From assembly GCA_963924565.1 (NCBI GenBank), contig OZ004612.1:7502001-7566000 (forward strand): a DNA stretch of 64,000 bases. The letters are read 5' to 3'. The stretch comes from Ascidiella aspersa. Taxonomy: Eukaryota. Positions 23,100 to 37,600 of the stretch are shown one piece after another; within the stretch, counting starts at the first letter, position 1; each line of letters begins with the position of its first letter. The translations under genes were made by a program, and so were the position numbers. Under the pieces are notes generated by a model. The model ran no database searches. It saw only the letters and a program-made list of their open reading frames with translations, and was not told the DNA's origin.

Positions 23100-25423
23100 A
23101 TGGAGTATTTGGTAAGCAAAGTATTTCGGGTTTTCTCGTGTAGTCCCGTAAGCCTTGAAAATCTTAACTGAAGTTTTACGTATAAGAATAAGATAAAGCA
23201 GGCAAGAGTGCTACATTGGTGGTTGACTTGCTTTTACCCTACCTAAAAAAGTAAAGAAAAATACGTTTAAAGTGCGCAATACCTAGATGTAGGCTATTTT
23301 AAGCTTTAAAACCGCTAGGACTTAAAAAAGTAAAAAAACTACGTTTAAAGTGTGCATTACCTATAAATTTATTGAAAGCTTTAATTCGAGTTGATAGAAA
23401 ACGCCGATTTGATTTCAACCATAATCCGATTCTGTTATGTGGAAATTTGGTACATTTCTATCAAGAGTTGAAGTAGTTTTTTGTGACAGGATACGAGTAG
23501 ATCGGCAAGAAAGTATGAGCCCGGAAGAACTTCACGGTACAGAAGAGTCGATCCGCGAAGCAGCAACATAATTCTCGGATACGATAAAGACCATTGGGCA
23601 ACTACAAACGGGGTAAACGCACTTAACAGCAATATTAATGGACAGAAATAAAAAAAACACTGTATGAGCACAGTTTTATTTGATTGTCGTTGACAAAAAG
23701 ACGGAACCGCGCACGAACGCAACGTCGTTTTACGGTTTAGTTAGATCAGTGATTGTCAAAAGTATGCTACAGCACAGCATTGTGGCTTGAGGTTTCAAAG
23801 TGTGACGAGGAACTTTAGTACGTAACTTTTAAAATAACCCATTTTGCCGCGAATTGTTTATTTTATTCATAAGTTTGAAAACTACTTGTTTGAAACCTTA
23901 GAGATTTCGAGATTTCGAAGTTTAGGTATCGCTACCTTTTGCTTGGTATGTTTTAATTTTCTGGTAATAGAGTTGTATGGCGAGTAAAAGGCCCTCGCGA
24001 AGCAGTTATACTTTAAAACAACATTTCAAGCTAAAATCAAAAGGGCTAACTTAACTTGTTCTGCTGAGGAATATAACAGCCTAATTTCTGTTCACAAAAC
24101 CCAAATGCAAATGCATTGTTCTTGATTCTGTGTTTCTTGCAGGACATCCAGCAGCAGGTGGTGTACGGCAGCAACAACCAGGGGAGAGCGGTGACGGGCG
24201 ACAGAAAGATGACGTCATCACGAAAGAGGGGGATGCTGGAGTCGACGCTGTCGCTAGGCAACTCGTGCAACGACTGGCACACCGAATCGAAGGTGAGAAT
24301 TTAAATCGAAGTTGTTATACGTAGTAAAAAACATGTTGAAAATGAATAAAGATATATTTCGAAATCAAAATGCTACCTATTCCATAAGGGCTTTGGTATT
24401 TCTTACTACGCCTACGCCTACGCCTACGCCTAACTTAAACCACTCACCATGATGCTAAAAAGTTATTATGTTTTGAAATCTAAATACTCGATTTGTTTTG
24501 ATGGTTTGAGAATAGAGGACTGGCAATCGCAGGCAAGATGTAAACAATTTTTTCGCATTTTATTGACTTAGTTAATATTAAACAAAGAAAACTATTATAT
24601 TTAACCAGTATGATTTAGCCTGCAGTAGTTTGGTGACCATTGATCTTATCAAAGCTTAGATTCAAAGACAAAAGAGGTTGCGCAAATTTAATGTCTGGTA
24701 TAAAAATATCAATAAATTAAAGAAAAACATTAATAAATTAAAAATATCAATAAATTAAAAAGCATAAAACAACACTTTGCGTTTAATACCGACTATAGAG
24801 ACTAATTTGCCAGCAATTTTTTTTTTTTTTAATTTGCCAGTAAATGTTCAATCAAATCAATTTATGAAGTGGCTTTTTAAGGTTAAGTCCACTGTTAAGA
24901 CTTAGAGTTTTTACATCATATACGTACACAAACAACACCGCTTTGTTTTAACTTTAGCATGAGCCAATGTATTTGTCTGTAGCACAACTACCACACGCAC
25001 GACCTGCGTACCTGGGGCCCGCGGGCGCTCATCCAGAAGGACAGCTACTCGTGGACGGAGGACCACCGGCGCCAGCTGGCCCAGCTCCGGGACGCCAGTA
25101 ACTCCCAGGTGACCCCGGCCATGTCGGCCTACGTCAAGCTGCCGCCCATCTACGCCAAGGCGAACAACGGCAGCAACGGACAGTACGACAGCAACCAGCA
25201 GATGTACAACGGCGGCGGCCAACAGCCCAAGTACAACAGCAGCAACGGACAGGTTCAGCAGCTAAACAACAGCTTTCCGCCGCAAAATCAGAATCAGATG
25301 GGAAATGGATTTCAACACCAGCAAATGAGCACCATGGAAAACGGGGGCTTACCCGAACTTGGGAAGAGCCGTCGCGCGAGTCGACGTCGCAGACCGCCAC
25401 CTAGCGACGAGGATGATATTTAG
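23100..25423 (+). CDS. Uncharacterised protein, ~241 aa, possibly a ciliary microtubule-inner-protein type. Exons 23100-23111, 23490-23612, 24143-24292, 24983-25423; possible alternative first exon 22176-22223.
   Basis: Phase-0 GT-AG junctions give a continuous ORF with GC-rich codons. It has two S-x-[IL]-x-LG...W-x-T repeats, a KLPPI motif and an N/Q-rich tail. The start exon is uncertain. Confidence 0.7.
24406..24432. repeat. (CTACGC)n microsatellite, 4.5 units
   Basis: Directly visible in the sequence. Confidence 0.85.
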
Positions 25424-28400
25424 ATTTTCGTTTTTTCGCCGGCCGATTTAAACGATTCTTGACCGTTTTGAATTAAGTTTGGCACTTTGGACGGCAAAAA
25501 AGCTGCAAGCACATACGGAAATAAATGGGAAACTACAAATAATATATGATTCGTGTAGAATTTTTGAATTGTGCGATTTTATTTGCGCATTCTATACTCG
25601 GACTTACTTATCAGCCTCTATCAGTTGCTACAAAACCTAAGACAAACTTCAGCATTAAGCCATGAATGTTTTGCCTCCATTGCATTTTTGTCTCCATAAA
25701 TTGCATTTATTAAATGTACATAAGTTTCATGTTTGATGAAATAATAATAATATTATTATTTGTGGTTTTGCTTGAAGTTTCATGTTTGTAATACATGACG
25801 TACATTGCCTCTTGTTGGGAAAACTTATGTGCAGTTGAAGAAGACAATCTTATTTTAATCGATTTGAAAGCTTCATGGATAACACAGGAATCAACCGAAA
25901 TGCCAGCCACAGAAAATTACAGGTGTAGGACAAGTGTAAGCGCACATAAAAACACATGTTTACTCTTGCCGCTGCAAATCCCCCAAACTCAGCCGCTAAT
26001 ACCGATGCAAGCAGCGGCGGCGAAGACATAATTAAATAGCGCCGCGCATTAATAAAACATCCATCAAACACGCGAAGAGGCCCTGGCATAAATTGCGCCC
26101 GCACGGCGCCAGGTCTAGTTGCCGATCGCCGTAATGCGATGAATAATTGAGCAGATTACTTCTCGTGCCGACCGCAAGCCCGCGACATTATATAGATATT
26201 GCTCGGTATTCTTCGGAGATCACCGACTATAGCCGCGACACAATGAAAACATATACGCGAGAGCTAATATTACACGGCGATCACATGTTTGCCGCTTTTC
26301 GAGAAACCCGGCCAATGTTGCCCCCCTTATTTCCATGGACGAGACACTAAACAATTGGTAGAAGAAAATCAGATCGTATTAATTAGAAGATATACAATCG
26401 AAAATCGCCGTGATGTAATTCGCAAAGCGTATGCCTTTACTAAAGCTGGAGATTCTACATTTCTGTCGGTGAATTGCGCAAGCAAAATGTACATCGCGAG
26501 TTGTGGACTTTGATTGGTTTAAATAGCAACTGTGCTCAACTCATATGCACTTAAACCAGAACCTTTCAAAGGGTATATAACGTTGAAAACTATCACTGTC
26601 AGAACTGTGGTTAAATTATAAAAACATAATGGATTTTGTGCTAAACACCTACATTTTTTAACGTGTTTAACAACGATGGAAAATTTCAAGCAAAATTAAC
26701 GACTTTAAACTTGATGACAAATAAACACCTGGTATTTCAACACGTCAACATGATCAATTATATACATTCGTGTAAAGTATAGCTGCAAAAAAATAACTTT
26801 CCGATGTAATGATTAGTTAGTTGGACACGTTTTGTTGTTGCGAATGCAACGCTTATTTAGCCGTAATACAGGACCTGTGTATACAATTTCTATCGAATAG
26901 TCATTTTGATGCTTATAGAAACTCTTGACTGACCGTTTTTAAGGTGAAAACAATTAAAGCTTGACAAAGCTGTCTTAGTTTGTACCTAACCGCACTTTAG
27001 ATATCTTAAATCCCCAGGAAAGAATAATAACTGTTCTAACTTCTCTATACTTTCAAATTAAATAAAGGTTTTTATAAATTCAAAAATATTTCATCGTTAC
27101 AAACCTAAAATCTCAGCACGAATGCAAACCAACTGACATTGCATCTTTACAGAATGTTTTTTAAAACAGCCCTATTTTTGACAAACAGAAAAACGTTCCT
27201 CAAAGCAACGGGGGAGTTTCGTTTTGGTAAGATTGTATTTCCTTTGTTGGGTTATGTAAATATACAAACGAACGAATCGTATTTACAACGACGGGCGCAC
27301 AAAAAAAGGGGGAACGGTAAAGAGTAGAACGACCATCTGGGTACCCGCACTGCAAAAAAAAGGTGAAAAAAACGGCAAAACAACAAAACGCAAGGCCACC
27401 AGGAAATAGGCAAAAAAAAAACTCAAAGGCTGGCGTCTCAAGGGCATACTCACACCAGGTACCGTATAAATTGTTTTACGATCGCCGCTTCGAAAATTTT
27501 TTTTGTTTAGCGGAGCGATCGAGCCGCTTTTTCCCCTTCGATGGCCGTGGACGAAATTTATTTGAAGAAACGCGAAAAAAATAGAGTTGAAACTGTACTG
27601 ACGTTTGGCAATTGAAGAAGTTCGGGGCGCGAGATAAAACGAGAGACACGATTGCAACGAGAAAACGACTAAAAAGGGGACAACTGTAGAGCACTTTAAT
27701 TCGTGTGTTATGTCGGTGTGTGCGTGAAGAAAAACTAGTTGAATGCTGCTGTGAAAGTGACGTGACATCACAGTCTATGGAGCAGCACGCGTTTTACGGA
27801 AAACACTATAGCACTTTTTTGCGCCCGATTTTTGTGCATGCTGAACAACTGTGCACAATCTCTGAAACTGTTAGCAAATAATAATTTTACAAAGTTATGC
27901 TGGTTCTGGCTGGGTCGAGGCTCAACAAATCTAATTTTCGCCACAAAACGAAAACAAAATAAAACCACTAACTAGTTTTCCCCGAAAAGACCAAAATGAA
28001 ATGCCTGTTACAAAGGCGAATAACTGAAATGTAAGAGACCGAAGGGTGAAGGTGTTCAGGGGCATTCTGGGTGTCAAGATAGGTTGAACAGAGCTGGGGC
28101 TGCTGATAAGTCGATGCCAGCAAAATGAACAGGCAAGATTATCCGTCCGGAAACACGGTCGGTGGACAAAAGACGAAAAAATTGCACGAAAAGCAGCGGA
28201 GAACCGCTGAGCACGACGGAACGGTAGGCGGAGCAAGGGGCGTGGCAGGAGCTCGGGTTAAAGCACCGGTCGGAAAACTGTCCTTGTTTGTCATAACGCT
28301 GACTTGTGTGCGTTTGTGACTAAGTGGCAAATAATGGCAATGGCATCGTTTTCTAAGTGTGTGTCAAAAGAGTGAAGCCCATATAATTGTATTATGTATT

Positions 28401-28631
28401 TCCCTAAAAGCAATTTAATGCAAAATTTTGCATATCAGTTGATTCTTTCGCCAAACTTTATCGTCAGATTTATTTTGAACATTAGGAATCTTCCAGTTTA
28501 AAGGTAAACCTCCAAGTTTTCTTTTTAGTGCAAGAATATCTGTTTCAAACCGCCACGGAAGGGCGAGTTAATTACAAAAAGCTCGATTTTGACAACAACA
28601 ACAAACGAAGAAAAAATAGAATTGCTTAGCA

Positions 28632-31600
28632 TCATCCTAGAACGTCGCTATCACAAACGAGATATTGACTGTTCTGGCACATTCGGCGGCCGTCCTGCAT
28701 CAGCGATTCGCCCTCGGCGCCGCTGACCTCCTGCTTAAATCCGGTGCTGTAGAGTGCGGCGGCGTTGGCGGGGTTCTCTTGCAAGTTGGCACTGTTGCTG
28801 TTGTTGCTGTTACTGCTATTAACGCGCTGTTGCGCCATCATTCTTTCGAGCAGCTGCTCTTGGCTGACGCCGGCAGCCGACGTTGCTGTGGGATAGTGCG
28901 CCACCGTAGTGTCCAGCGGCGACTGGAGCATGCGGTCGGCAGGTGGCGTGGAAGAGCTGACGTGGCTTTGCGCTTGTATGGGCGAGTTACGACTGCAGGG
29001 AAGCGAGTGCTGGCGCTGGATCACCTGTCTCTGCTGCTGCTGCTGCTTGCTTTCTTCCTGGTGCGCCCGCGAGCCGCAGCTGGACGAGATTCCGACGATC
29101 CAATCGTCGAAGTTCGACTTGCCCTGTTGTTGTTGCTGCCCGCCTGCGATTGGAAACAATCCTATTATTTCTTCGGCTTACGTTGCAACTAATAGCCTGG
29201 TTAAATTTTAAATGCATTTGTTACAACTTCTTTTGCAACTTGAATAAAAAGTTTAATCCCGGCATCTGCCCCACAATCATTTACTTAAAGAATGATAAGT
29301 TTTAATTTGCGTGCTTTGTGATGCAGGATGCCCCATTTTAAAACGGGAAAGTAAAACAGAATGTCAAAGTTCTATAGTTCACTGATTAAATATTAAACAT
29401 CACGTAAAAGTTACCCAAAAATGTCGTAAGCTTTCTGAAGGTTTCTAAAACACAAACTGACGGACCAGTTGTTCAACTAAACAACATTGTTTTGCATTTG
29501 CCGTCCATGACTTTTTAGGCAAATTGTAGAGTTCAATTTTTAAAAAATATTTGGAGACACTTTGTATGGCTCAAAAATAGCGGACAAGTAATCAAATTAC
29601 ATCATATGTTCAACAATAGCCCTGCGCTACTGCATGTTTTTGTTTGATGTCAATAAAACATGTACAGGCAAAAACAATATGTATAAGTTGGGCCAAGTAT
29701 AAATACTTCTTAAATCAAATCAGTTCGCTTGTTTTTGTGGTCAATCGACAAAATGTTACGTTGCTGGAAAATTTATAATAAAAATAATAATTCAGTCATA
29801 TCTAGCGATGTTCAGTCCGTGCTTTGGGCTAACGTTAGGATTTCAAAAAGTATTTCGCCGTTACCCTACATAACGCCATTGAACGGCAATATGAGCGGCC
29901 ATAACTATCAAAGCGCCCTCGGTCTTTGAACTGAAATGTTCACTCGACGAATTAAAATTTTGCGCTCATTCGAGGCGCTCCACTTCCTCGTTTCAGGTGA
30001 TTATCGCTGCACCGTTTCCCGTCGCCGAGCGAAATTAACGAGCAGGCGCTCGCTTGTTTACTCTTTCGAGCGCTCACGTTTCGGCGGGAGAACAGGCCGC
30101 GAATCCCCGCCGAGCCGAGGATGCGGGATGTTGCCGTCGGGCGGGACGCATTCGTCAAAAAAGACCCCGAATCCGCCCTCGCCTCTTCCCGGAAGCCAGA
30201 CTCGAAAACCCACCTATTGCGTGCATCGGCTGCTGACTGTTGTACTGCTGCTGCTGTTGTTGTTGGTTTTCGTGTATTAGGACTCCATTGTACTGCGTCG
30301 GCGGAGAAGGGCCTTTTGGTGCCAGCGACGCCGGGATTTCGGCCAGTTGTTCCGGCTGCTGCTGGTGTTGTGAGGTGGAGGGGTTCTGGTGGTGGCCTGG
30401 GGCGCTTGTTGAAGATGAGCCTGGAGATGACGTCGATGAAGATGACGACGAGGGGCGCTTGCCGTTCGATTTCAGATCTGCGACGAATGTTGTTTTTTGT
30501 TGGGTAATTGTCGTTTTGACGAAGTTTAAACTGGGCGACCGTTCCGTTTATTTCACACGTCCAGCAAACTTTGCTATGAAATCATTATTTTGTCAGGATC
30601 AATGCGGACTCTGTCTTACAGAACAGTTAAAAAATGTGCACAAGACAACAGAAAACAAAAACCTCGTATTTGGGTTTATATATTTGGCTTGAACTGCATT
30701 GTAGGCTCGAGCAACTTGCGACCTTTAGGTGTGTTATAATAAAGCTAAACATGTGTGCAATTACTCAAAGGTTACGTCATTTCGGACGTGGCACGTTTCG
30801 TTAACTTTTTGTCCCAAACAAACAAAAATTAAGGTGGTTTCGCAACTCGTTTTATCACGAAATGCGACTAAGCAGAGATCATCGTTTCCAATTTAAGTGA
30901 AAAGCGAAAAGTCGCAAAGCATGACTTTTCACCCAAAGCACGGTGATGTGCAATATTTTTTGACCTCCGACCATGCCCAATGGAGTTTTGTTAATATAAG
31001 CATTGTTATAGTAGAACCTAACAATATAGCTATAGGTGCTATATCAGTGTTTTTTTTCAGCCTGTGGTACGGGAAGGTTGTTGTGGTGGTACCCGGCCGT
31101 GTTCTTATGTTGACTTTGGGGAAATAGCGTAAGTGTAATATTATTGTGGCAGTCGTAAGTCATATTCATCTGCAGCTTAACAGCCCCGGGAGCGTGTTTC
31201 ATTAATCGTACTTGGCCTTGTCAAAACTCACTAAAATTTGAGCAAAATGGCTTCTTGTGACTCAGGTGATACACAGCAACAGTAAAACTCTGTAAGTGGT
31301 ACGCGCCCAAAAGGTTGATCATTTGTGCTGTATCGTTAACAGGGAGCAAGTAACGACCGAACAATTATTGTTTGCCTTAATGAATACCTTGTTTTCGATG
31401 TTTCTGTGTACTCAAAAATATCGGACACTTTCTTATAGCATAAAACTTTGGCAAGCGCATATTACTAACCATTGGACGACGCAGTTACGGCACAAGGTGA
31501 ACCCTCATTGGGCGGAACCGACTGCTGCTGTTGTTTGACTTCGATCTTCACCTCCACCGCATGGGATTCTTCGCCATCTTCGTTGAGCGGCTTAATCCCA

Positions 31601-34600
31601 AGCATCTTGTGCAATTGAACGGCCGAGAACCCGAGGATCTTTTCGAGGTCATTCACGTACTTGTACACATACCTCCTGGTGTAGAGTTTGTAAAAATGCG
31701 TGTTGTGATAAGACTGTCGTATATGAGCGGCACAAACCGAGGCAAAATACTTTCTGCTTTGCAGGTTTTTCGCTTAAGGTCACGAAAAGGTACCACAATT
31801 TGTGTCCTAGAGGCTTAGGGCGTTTTGCCTCAGGTTAAAACTGGTCAAGGTTTAGGCAAGAACCGCACAGCGCGAGACGTTTTATATAATTGCGTTTACA
31901 GACAGATGACAGTTTCCAGTTTTGTAACGATTGAAGTGAACGGCTTGACTTAAGTCCAATTACCTCACTGTTTTTAACTGAAATGGACTCGAGTCAATTT
32001 GGAAAAAGACTGAGATTAAAATTAAGTGCTTAAAAATATAATTATGGTAAAAATGAGGTACTTATTTGATTTTTTGCGTGAAACAGCTTGCTTGTTATTT
32101 GTCTTGTTTTAGTGTTTGCGAGGCGAAATATCGCAAGACATGGAAAGAGCAGCATTCATTTAGTTTAAATCATCTATTTTCTAACAAAACGACTATGCTT
32201 GGAATTGACTTGCTATATAAATGACTTGGGTTTCTGGGACATGACTTGGGGAAATAATTATTTGTACTTGACTTCTTATTGTTGAGAAAGACTTAAATGG
32301 GACTTAAAAAATATCAAAAAGACTATATAGTTTAAAATACTGACAACGTCTTTTGTTAAACCGCGGTATTCCAAACGTTGGTGAGCCGAAACATAACAAA
32401 ATATTAATGTAGATAAAATAGCAGCAAAAGTCAATTTTAAGTTTCGTTATCTCGAATTTAAAACCTATTTACCTAAATCAATATTTAATCGAAAAAACAA
32501 ACAAAGAGAACAAGACTTTAATTTTTACCTTGCCGGGCACTTGACGATGATGTTCTTGTCGTAGTAATACCGGATTCCCCGCGAGAGCTTTTCGTACGTC
32601 ATTTTCGGTTTGTTCTTGCGCAATCCCCATCGCCTGCGAACGAGAACAAGAGGTTATAGAGACCTTTGCGAAGCAGCTTTCGCCAGACTATATAGCGTCT
32701 AGATTTATCGGTTTACGTAAATGGATAGCTTATCGCATACGTTACAGCTTTTAATTGCCAAATAAATAAATAATGTTTGCGATAAATCTTTGAGAAAAGT
32801 TTTTGTAATTTAAAAAAAATAGCGTTTATACCGATTAAATGCAGGAGTTTAATGGTATAGGTATACTTTTTTTAGAGAGTTATCTGTTTGCACTATGACA
32901 ATTCTAAACAACCACTGGACAAAAAAACTTTTCCAATTTTTTCTTTAAACTTTAGTAGGGAAAACTAAAAGTTTTTCAAAAAAAAGTTTATCCAAAAAAA
33001 GAAAGAAATATAGAAATTCCAAGATCGCTGTTTCCTTGACAATACTGTAAGTTCGATGCGCTTCTTACTTGGCAACTTCGTCGGGCTCTTCCATCTTGAA
33101 TTGCCAATCTTCTCCGGTCCATTTGATCAAGTTCTTACACGTGGGGTCACACAGCAACTCGAGAAGAAACTGCCAGAGCTGGATCGGGCCGTTGCCTGAA
33201 AAACAAAAAATATACAATAAAATATGTTTTTTTTTTTTTTAATTTCATTATTTTTTATTATTGTGTTGCACAAACTGAGTTAACGTTTGTTGTATGTTGT
33301 TTTTGCCTTATTGTTTCTATGCGTTTTCACTCACTTAACTTTTCTTGCCTCTTCACGCTCCACCTCACCGTTCACCTGTATATACTTTATCTAATCACGT
33401 TTGCTATTAACACCTTTTTATCTTTCGTTATTGAAGCCATCACACCTTTTTCGTTACACTTGTAGTTTTGGGAACACTTAATAGAAGGATAGTCAGGTTT
33501 GGGCAAGGCTGGGATAAGGAGCTTTAAAGATCGTCATTGTTTACGCCCGATTTTAGTCATTGGCCGCTTAAATATTAAGTCCTTTTATAGTTTTATGATT
33601 CTTTATGTAAGTTCGCTTGTTTCGTTTTATATTACAACACTAATACACGCCTCGTGTAGTGCTCGGGCATCCGACAGGCCGTTAAGTAGAGCTCTGGATA
33701 GTTTGGCGTAACAATTGTATTCTCGATCAGACCGGTTGCCTTTCACTTGCTGTCATTATTGGAAAATGCGTTCTCGGACCTAACAGGCTTGGTCTTCAAA
33801 ATGTTAATGTTGTTGTGGTAAACTGAAAGATCGTGGTTTTAAAAATGGGAAAAATGCGCCCCTAAAAACAAATTGTCAATCCCTTTTATATTATAAAAAA
33901 CAATAAAAGTTTGCCAAAAATTTTCAAAATTATAGACAATTTTTGTGGGAGTGCAGGTATCTTAATAACAAGCACCATTAAAGTTAAACTTTTGAGCGGT
34001 GCGTAAAAGTTGTCATACCGCTATGCAACTTATTATGAAACAGTACAAAGCGAGGCTTAAAATGTCTCTTTAAGGCTTTTCTAAGCGGCGGGAGTTTCAA
34101 TAAAGGCCAAAAATAAGCCGACCTATAAATATGCCTGGCTAGTTTCACGAGCGTCACCTGTCGCATCAGCACAGGTAAGGCTGCCACCACAAAAATAGAC
34201 TGGCCTGGGCATACAGCAACCAAACGACGCTTTAAGGCCAATGAAGGTAAACAGCGTTGGACACAAGATAGAGAGAGACACGCGCAAATGCCAATCTGGC
34301 TCTAAATAAAGCGCGGTAACGCGACACTGCAGCAAGCTGCTTTAAACGCGCATAAGCAAAACGAGTCGCTATTTTTAGCCAAGCATCGCTACCCTGCATA
34401 TAGTACCGATTGCCTTTCAGCTGAACGCGACACCTCAATTTTAATTCTGTATCCCAAGGAGAGGCGCCGAGATTTTCCACGAAGAGCCTCGCGTCAGACA
34501 AATAAGGTGAAGCGGCGGCAGCGGCGGCCTTAGCGTGAGCCAGTCGCCACTGACGAACACAGCCCGAACACGTCGCCTTTTCCGCTTCGTCCTTGCCATT

Positions 34601-37600
34601 TTTTGGCCGACCGCTCTCGCTACAGCATACTGCTGTGCACGGGTATTTTGCAAGGCTTTCAAGACACCCGACACCTTTAGGCTAGTTTGACCAGCAGCTC
34701 TCCTGGGCTAACAATCGCACCTATTTCCACTTTGTGGTTATTGAACTGAAATATATTGAAAAACTATTTATGTCAGTGATCGTCTAAGATAGAGCTAACC
34801 GATTGGGAGTTAATATACTTTGCACTATGTGAGTTACATCTTTAAAAAACGTATTTTACCGGTAATGTAAATTTTAAAACTGTGAAGGAAATCCCTGGTG
34901 CAGGACACAAAATCAATGGAAAAATTATCAAGGTGTGAAAACTGATTTTAAGTGAAGCGGCCTAATGCGGTCATGTAAACGGGCTGCTGTATCGTATTCA
35001 CTATGTTGTGTGCAAGCGCTAACAGGTGGGCGACTACAATACTCGCGCCAATAAGCATTTCCTACAACGTCGAGCGCAGCAGCTGCTGTTAAAAACTGGT
35101 TTGTTGTAGCATCGTGTCAAGCTACTGCTTAATTACCAGCGTCGCATTTCGTCTTTATGGGTCTCGTTTATCGTGTTCTCAGGCCTTGCTAAGCTATAAT
35201 CGGAAACGAGATGAACATACGCTGGTAAGCTGCATTTTTGGCCCATGGTAATAGCTAGTTCAAAATTATTGAAAAAACTGTTAAAATAATAACAGGAAAA
35301 CCATTTCAGGTCCATCAATTTCTTCCGTAATTAGTAATTTAATGCAGCTGTATAAACAATTAAAATTTTACAGTCACAACTAGTGCAATTCGTCTCAAGC
35401 CAGCCTGCTTAACGTTGGCCATTTTTCGTATGCAGTTAATAATTAAATAGCACTAGTCGCGAACAGTCAAACGGCAAAACCGAGATATAGGCCTACATTT
35501 AGTTACAAGGCATCGCCAAATCGCCGATTCGAAAAACCTTACACGTCGTGGCATATATTTAGTCGACAACACCGGCTGTTTTTTTTTTGATTCCCGTCGC
35601 ATCGATATCATCAGCAGCAACAGCGGCACATCAGGCATGGTTGGCTGCGAGCACCGATGCAAATTGCGCGCCGAGTTTCTGCCGGATATCGAGCATCGGT
35701 TTGCCGCCGAATTCGCGCGAAATTCCGAGGCATCAAAATGTCGCGGGCGGCCGTCGGCGCATCCGCGTCGGAAACGTTTAGGGCGCCGATAAAGCACGGG
35801 GACGGAAAAAGTTGCCAGGATTTTACCTGGAAACGGGAGGACAGCGCGCCAGGACGACACGCCGTCGTTTTGTCACAGCAGTCACGCCAGGATTGTTTCC
35901 AAGCTCCCTGGACCTCGGATGGAAGTTTTGTTTTCGATTCAGCTCATTACGGTTCGGTGTCAACAAGCTGAGGGTGTGGCGTTTGTCGGACATTGTTTGT
36001 TTTTGCGTGCGTCTTTTTTGATGCGCTAATTTTAAACGTGGCAACATGCAACGGTCTGTCTTTTTGGGGCAGTAGCAATTAAAGAATGGCACATCCCCAA
36101 AAAGTTTAATCGCAAAATTATAAAGTATGCGGTTGCTTCAAGACAATGTGATCACTTTAGGATTTCGATAAATGTGTTCCAAACCTTTGAACGACATTAT
36201 AGGTTTCAAAACACCAAAAAAAAATACAGTGGCTAAATAATTATGATAGAGGATTAAACACCGTTCTACAAATTGACTGACAACGCTGACTGTCGTGATT
36301 AGCTAGGTTCACGGAAACTCCAACCGCAGAAGAATTGCACTTAAAAGTCACTCATATGCCAGGAGATTCATCAGTAGCACAAATCCACCGGTAAAAAGAG
36401 AACTGGCAGTAAAATCGAAAGCTGCGCGGTTAGAGCAAAGCCAAGTTTTTTTTTATTTTCGAGTCAGATTTCGCGCGGCTTTGGATTTTGCGGAAAGCCT
36501 TATTTCATTGGTGCCATTGAAAGACATTCACACACATATATATAATATATATAGGTGGTGGTATTCGGGCGACGGAAACCGACTATGGGGGGCCAATTGT
36601 CAAATTGTGGAGAGTAATTTATTCGCCCTGTGTGTAAATTAGGTTTACGACGGTAGAATACAGTGTTGTAACTTGGAAGGACTGACCAAGGATCTAACTT
36701 ATTGCAAGTCATATTTTTAAAAGTCTTGACTAGACATTGACTAAACGGCATTTAGACAAAAAAAATTGTATTAGATCGGAATTACAGTTTGAAGTGCTTT
36801 CATTAAATAATCTTGGTTAACTTTTATACTGTTTTAGTCCAATTTTATATGTTACGTTTTTGTTGTGGTTTAGCAATTTTAAAAATTTGAATTTTGTTCA
36901 ACTGACTTTACATGGACTCGATTTACTATGACAATTACTTGAATCTTGTCATTTGTCGCGTATTACTCGACTGGGCCTTAAGTCAGTTTTGAAATGACTT
37001 GTTTACAACAATGATGGAACGTAGCTGACACTTTCTACCGACGGTATGCCACATACAGTTATTTTTATAAATAAAATCTAAAAAACCTCTCTAATTTAGT
37101 TGTTACTCAAAAACACTTGTAACCTAAAAAGCCTGGTAAAACTAAAATAATTTGCTATTTTGTGCCACTGGATTTACCTATTGCGCGAAATCTACAAGGC
37201 GTATGATCATGCGCCACGCATTTGGTGCTTCCATTATTACCATGTGAAGAAAAGTTATTTTAGTCCTTTAAACACAAAATAAATTTGAGAACGGAAATGG
37301 AAAACAGTGCTTGGCTGTTGAATTCGATTTTTAAAGTGAAATGCAAGCTGTTTATTTTTTTGACTATGCAAACAAGACAATTTACGTAACAAATATGACG
37401 TAAAGCAAGCTTTAAGGTTAACAAAAGACGAAGTATTTACAAGGGTAGAACCATTTACTTTGGTGGCTACTGATGCCAAGCATATTGAACTAAAATTTAA
37501 GCAGAGTGAAGAATAATTATCCCATTACTATAGGGCATATTGCCATGCAAAATAACTCTGCAACCCTAAACTGATGTTCCTTAAGTAACAACCTCGCTCG

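Noticed and set aside
25706-25714. Overlapping bidirectional poly(A) signal (TTTATTAAA) shared by the convergent genes
   Set aside because: Closer minus-strand AATAAA sites exist (~28470, ~27557), and such hexamers are frequent in AT-rich DNA.
33230-33480. Purine-rich sense-strand tract pairing with the YCAY tract across Ets exon 4
   Set aside because: The complementarity is only compositional; no extended specific match was found by eye.
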